Assembly: GCA_021775495.1 (NCBI GenBank)
Contig: JAJFHT010000071.1
Coordinates: 4,244 to 68,243 of the forward strand
Direction: 5' to 3'
Length of the DNA stretch: 64,000 nt
From: Hyphomicrobiales bacterium
Lineage (GTDB): Bacteria; Pseudomonadota; Alphaproteobacteria; Rhizobiales; Rhizobiaceae
Below, one piece after another: positions 61,976 to 64,000 of this stretch. The translations under genes and the position numbers were made by a program. The notes under the pieces are model-generated. The model did no database searches, was not told where the DNA came from, and saw only the letters and a list, made by a program, of their open reading frames with translations. The stretch's first letter is position 1. Each line of letters opens with the position of its first letter.

Positions 61976-63262
61976 TCAGGCAACTTTTGCCAGAGCCTGA
62001 TCCAGATCGGCAATGATGTCCGCGACATTTTCGATGCCGATCGACAACCGGACTACATCGGGACCAGCTCCGGCAGCCACCTTCTGCTCGTCGGAAAGCT
62101 GCCTATGGGTGGTCGATGCCGGGTGGATAACGAGGGATTTGGCGTCGCCGATATTGGCAAGGTGCGAAAACAGTTCCAGCGCTTCGACAAATTTGATGCC
62201 GGCTTCATAACCACCCTTCAGGCCGAACGTGAATACCGCCCCGCTGCCGCTGGGCGAATATTTGGTCATCAGCGCATTGTTCGAATGATCTTTCAGTCCG
62301 GCATATTCCACCCAGGACACCGTGGAATGCCGCGACAGGTGCTCGGCAACCGCCTGGGCATTGTCGCAGTGCCGCTGCATGCGAAGCGGAAGGGTTTCGA
62401 TACCCGTCGCCAGCAGGAAAGAGTTGAACGGCGAGATTGCCGGTCCAAAGTCCCGTAGGCCGAGAACACGGCAGGCAATGGCAAACGCAAAATTGCCAAA
62501 AGTCTCGTGCAAGACGATGCCGCCATATTCCGGGCGCGGTTCCGACAGCATCGGATAATTGCCGGACGCCGTCCAGTCGAAGGTTCCGCCATCAACGATA
62601 ATTCCGCCCATGGAATTGCCGTGTCCACCCATGAATTTCGTCAGTGAATGCACAACGATATCCGCACCGTGTTCGATCGGGCGAAGCAGATATGGACTCG
62701 CCATTGTATTATCGACAATCAACGGCAACCCATGCTTTCGCGCGATATCGCCGATTTTCTCGATGTCCATCACCATTCCGCTCGGATTGGCAAAACTTTC
62801 GATAAAGATGCCGCGGGTGCGATCGTCGATCTGGCTTTCGAAACTCGACAGGTCCGCCGGATCGGCCCAACGCACTTCCCAGCCAAACGATTTGAAGGAC
62901 TGGCCGAACTGGTTGATCGAGCCGCCGTAGAGTTTGTTGGCGGCTATGAAATTGTCGCCGGGCTGCATGATTGCGTGAAAGACCAGCAATTGTGCGGCGT
63001 GTCCGGACGCGGTGGCAAGCGCCGCGGTCCCGCCTTCCAGTGCAGCCACACGCTCTTCCAGAACCGCCTGGGTCGGATTCATGATGCGGGTGTAAATGTT
63101 GCCGAACGCCTGCAAGCCAAACAGCGAGGCGGCATGGTCCGCATCATCAAAAACATAGGCGGTGGTCTGATAAATCGGCGTGGCACGCGCGCCCGTGGCC
63201 GGATCCGGCTGTGCACCGGCATGAATGGCAAGTGTCTCAATTCCTGGGCTGCGCTGCGACAT
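61976..63262 (-). CDS. metY: O-acetylhomoserine aminocarboxypropyltransferase (sulfhydrylase), PLP-dependent
   Basis: 428 aa. Cys/Met-metabolism PLP family with HSLTKFMGGHG (PLP lysine) and a length and termini typical of MetY. GGAGGGG RBS. Confidence 0.85.
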   Translation of the reverse strand: MSQRSPGIETLAIHAGAQPDPATGARATPIYQTTAYVFDDADHAASLFGLQAFGNIYTRIMNPTQAVLEERVAALEGGTAALATASGHAAQLLVFHAIMQPGDNFIAANKLYGGSINQFGQSFKSFGWEVRWADPADLSSFESQIDDRTRGIFIESFANPSGMVMDIEKIGDIARKHGLPLIVDNTMASPYLLRPIEHGADIVVHSLTKFMGGHGNSMGGIIVDGGTFDWTASGNYPMLSEPRPEYGGIVLHETFGNFAFAIACRVLGLRDFGPAISPFNSFLLATGIETLPLRMQRHCDNAQAVAEHLSRHSTVSWVEYAGLKDHSNNALMTKYSPSGSGAVFTFGLKGGYEAGIKFVEALELFSHLANIGDAKSLVIHPASTTHRQLSDEQKVAAGAGPDVVRLSIGIENVADIIADLDQALAKVA

Positions 63263-63509
63263 GGATTACTCCCCTCCATCAACAAAAAAAATACGCCTGC
63301 GACGGCCGGCATGCATGCCGATCCTCCGCGCGAAGAGCCGTTATTTCAAAGGCCCGCCGGAAAAGCAAAGAAGAAAAATCCGCCAAGGCGCCGAAAAAGG
63401 ATCAAAGGCTCCAAATTACCGGGTGATTTGCGAGAAAACGACCGACGGCTGTTCTTCCTGGTTGCACCCTGGCCGCCGACTGTCGACCGGGTTGCCGGCT
63501 TATGTCTTC

Positions 63510-64000
63510 TCAGCGCAAACCGAAATGCTGGAACCCGCCCCGCATGACCGGCTTTCGTGCTGAAATGACCCGTGAATTGACGCCGTTCCAACCGATCTCG
63601 CCGGACAGTCGGGCATATTCGATTTTCGGGCATCGGTTCATTATGACCTTGAGGCCGGCTGCTTCGGCCTTCCTGGCGGCAGCGTCATGGCGAACCGTCA
63701 ATTGCATCCAGACGACGGCCGGCAATGGTTTCAATGCCAGGATTTCATCGACGATCCCGGGTACGGCGTCGGAGCCACGGAAAATATCGACCATATCGAT
63801 CGGATCAGGAATATCTGCCAACCTAGCGAAGGTCATCTGCCCTAGAATTTCTCGGCCGGCATGACCAGGATTCACCGGAATGACCCGGTATCCCTTGTCG
63901 AGCAGGTATTTCGCGACAAAGAAGCTCGGGCGAATCGGATTGGCCGACGCGCCGACAATGGCCACTGATCCGACGCTGCAAAGAACGTCGGTGATCTCTT
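63510..64000 (-). CDS. CoA-binding domain protein (YccU-like), 5'-partial at the window edge
   Basis: IAIVGASANPIRPSFFVAKYLLDKGYRVIPVNP is the CoA_binding_2 signature. The reading frame stays open upstream of the GTG at 63965 to position 64000, so the true start is probably outside the window. Confidence 0.75.
   Translation of the reverse strand, partial: EITDVLCSVGSVAIVGASANPIRPSFFVAKYLLDKGYRVIPVNPGHAGREILGQMTFARLADIPDPIDMVDIFRGSDAVPGIVDEILALKPLPAVVWMQLTVRHDAAARKAEAAGLKVIMNRCPKIEYARLSGEIGWNGVNSRVISARKPVMRGGFQHFGLR

Noticed and set aside
63263-63400. Calling a SAM-II riboswitch upstream of metY
   Set aside because: The context is right, but I could not find the P1 helix, the U-rich loop pairing or the conserved AAAGCU 3' element by eye. 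I left it as an unassigned leader pending a covariance-model search.
1-64000. CRISPR arrays, IS elements/transposases, integrases, prophage or toxin-antitoxin/defence gene clusters
   Set aside because: I saw no short regularly spaced repeats. None of the translated ORFs shows transposase (DDE), recombinase, phage structural or known defence-system signatures. The window reads as conserved housekeeping synteny.

Overview
This window looks like core chromosome from an alphaproteobacterium. The gene order is typical of Rhizobiales/Hyphomicrobiales (order assignment is from memory of synteny, not a search). Reading left to right: an acyltransferase; a BMP-type ABC importer; pcs with a DUF1326/DUF2182 pair; a UbiH-like monooxygenase; an AEC transporter; hspQ; aqpZ; a LysR-TRAP-sulfatase cassette; ialB; an orphan peptide-type solute-binding protein (SBP); a DsbA-like gene; mfd-sdhE diverging from recG; DUF502; glmS-glmU; lolD-lolC-proS. 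A long minus-strand block follows: nuoA-N (with one extra ORF between nuoF and nuoG), birA, rnj, mce and DUF1467. After that come tRNA-Asp, tRNA-Val, hupB, lon, clpX, clpP, an FAD oxidoreductase, metY and a partial CoA-binding protein gene. I call about 58 CDS and 2 tRNAs. I found no rRNA, CRISPR array, transposase, integrase or phage genes. I do not see a convincing new multi-gene system such as a defence island. The observations most worth a second look are: (1) a 263-bp nested-palindrome element upstream of hspQ; (2) the uncharacterised Cys-rich DUF2182/DUF1326 pair, chained stop-to-start to phosphatidylcholine synthase; (3) an extra ORF inside the nuo operon whose C-terminal module is paralogous to a C-terminal extension of NuoE; (4) a TRAP solute receptor that seems to lack the carboxylate-clamp arginine and sits next to a PMH-like Cys-type sulfatase; (5) an orphan plus-strand intrinsic terminator in a 390-bp gap, which may mark an sRNA; (6) a 108-bp-period direct repeat abutting the 3' end of tRNA-Val. 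Many ORF-track starts are too far upstream. I re-set them using RBS positions, homolog N-termini recalled from memory and stop/start overlaps. All family calls come from reading the translated ORFs and motifs, not from database searches.
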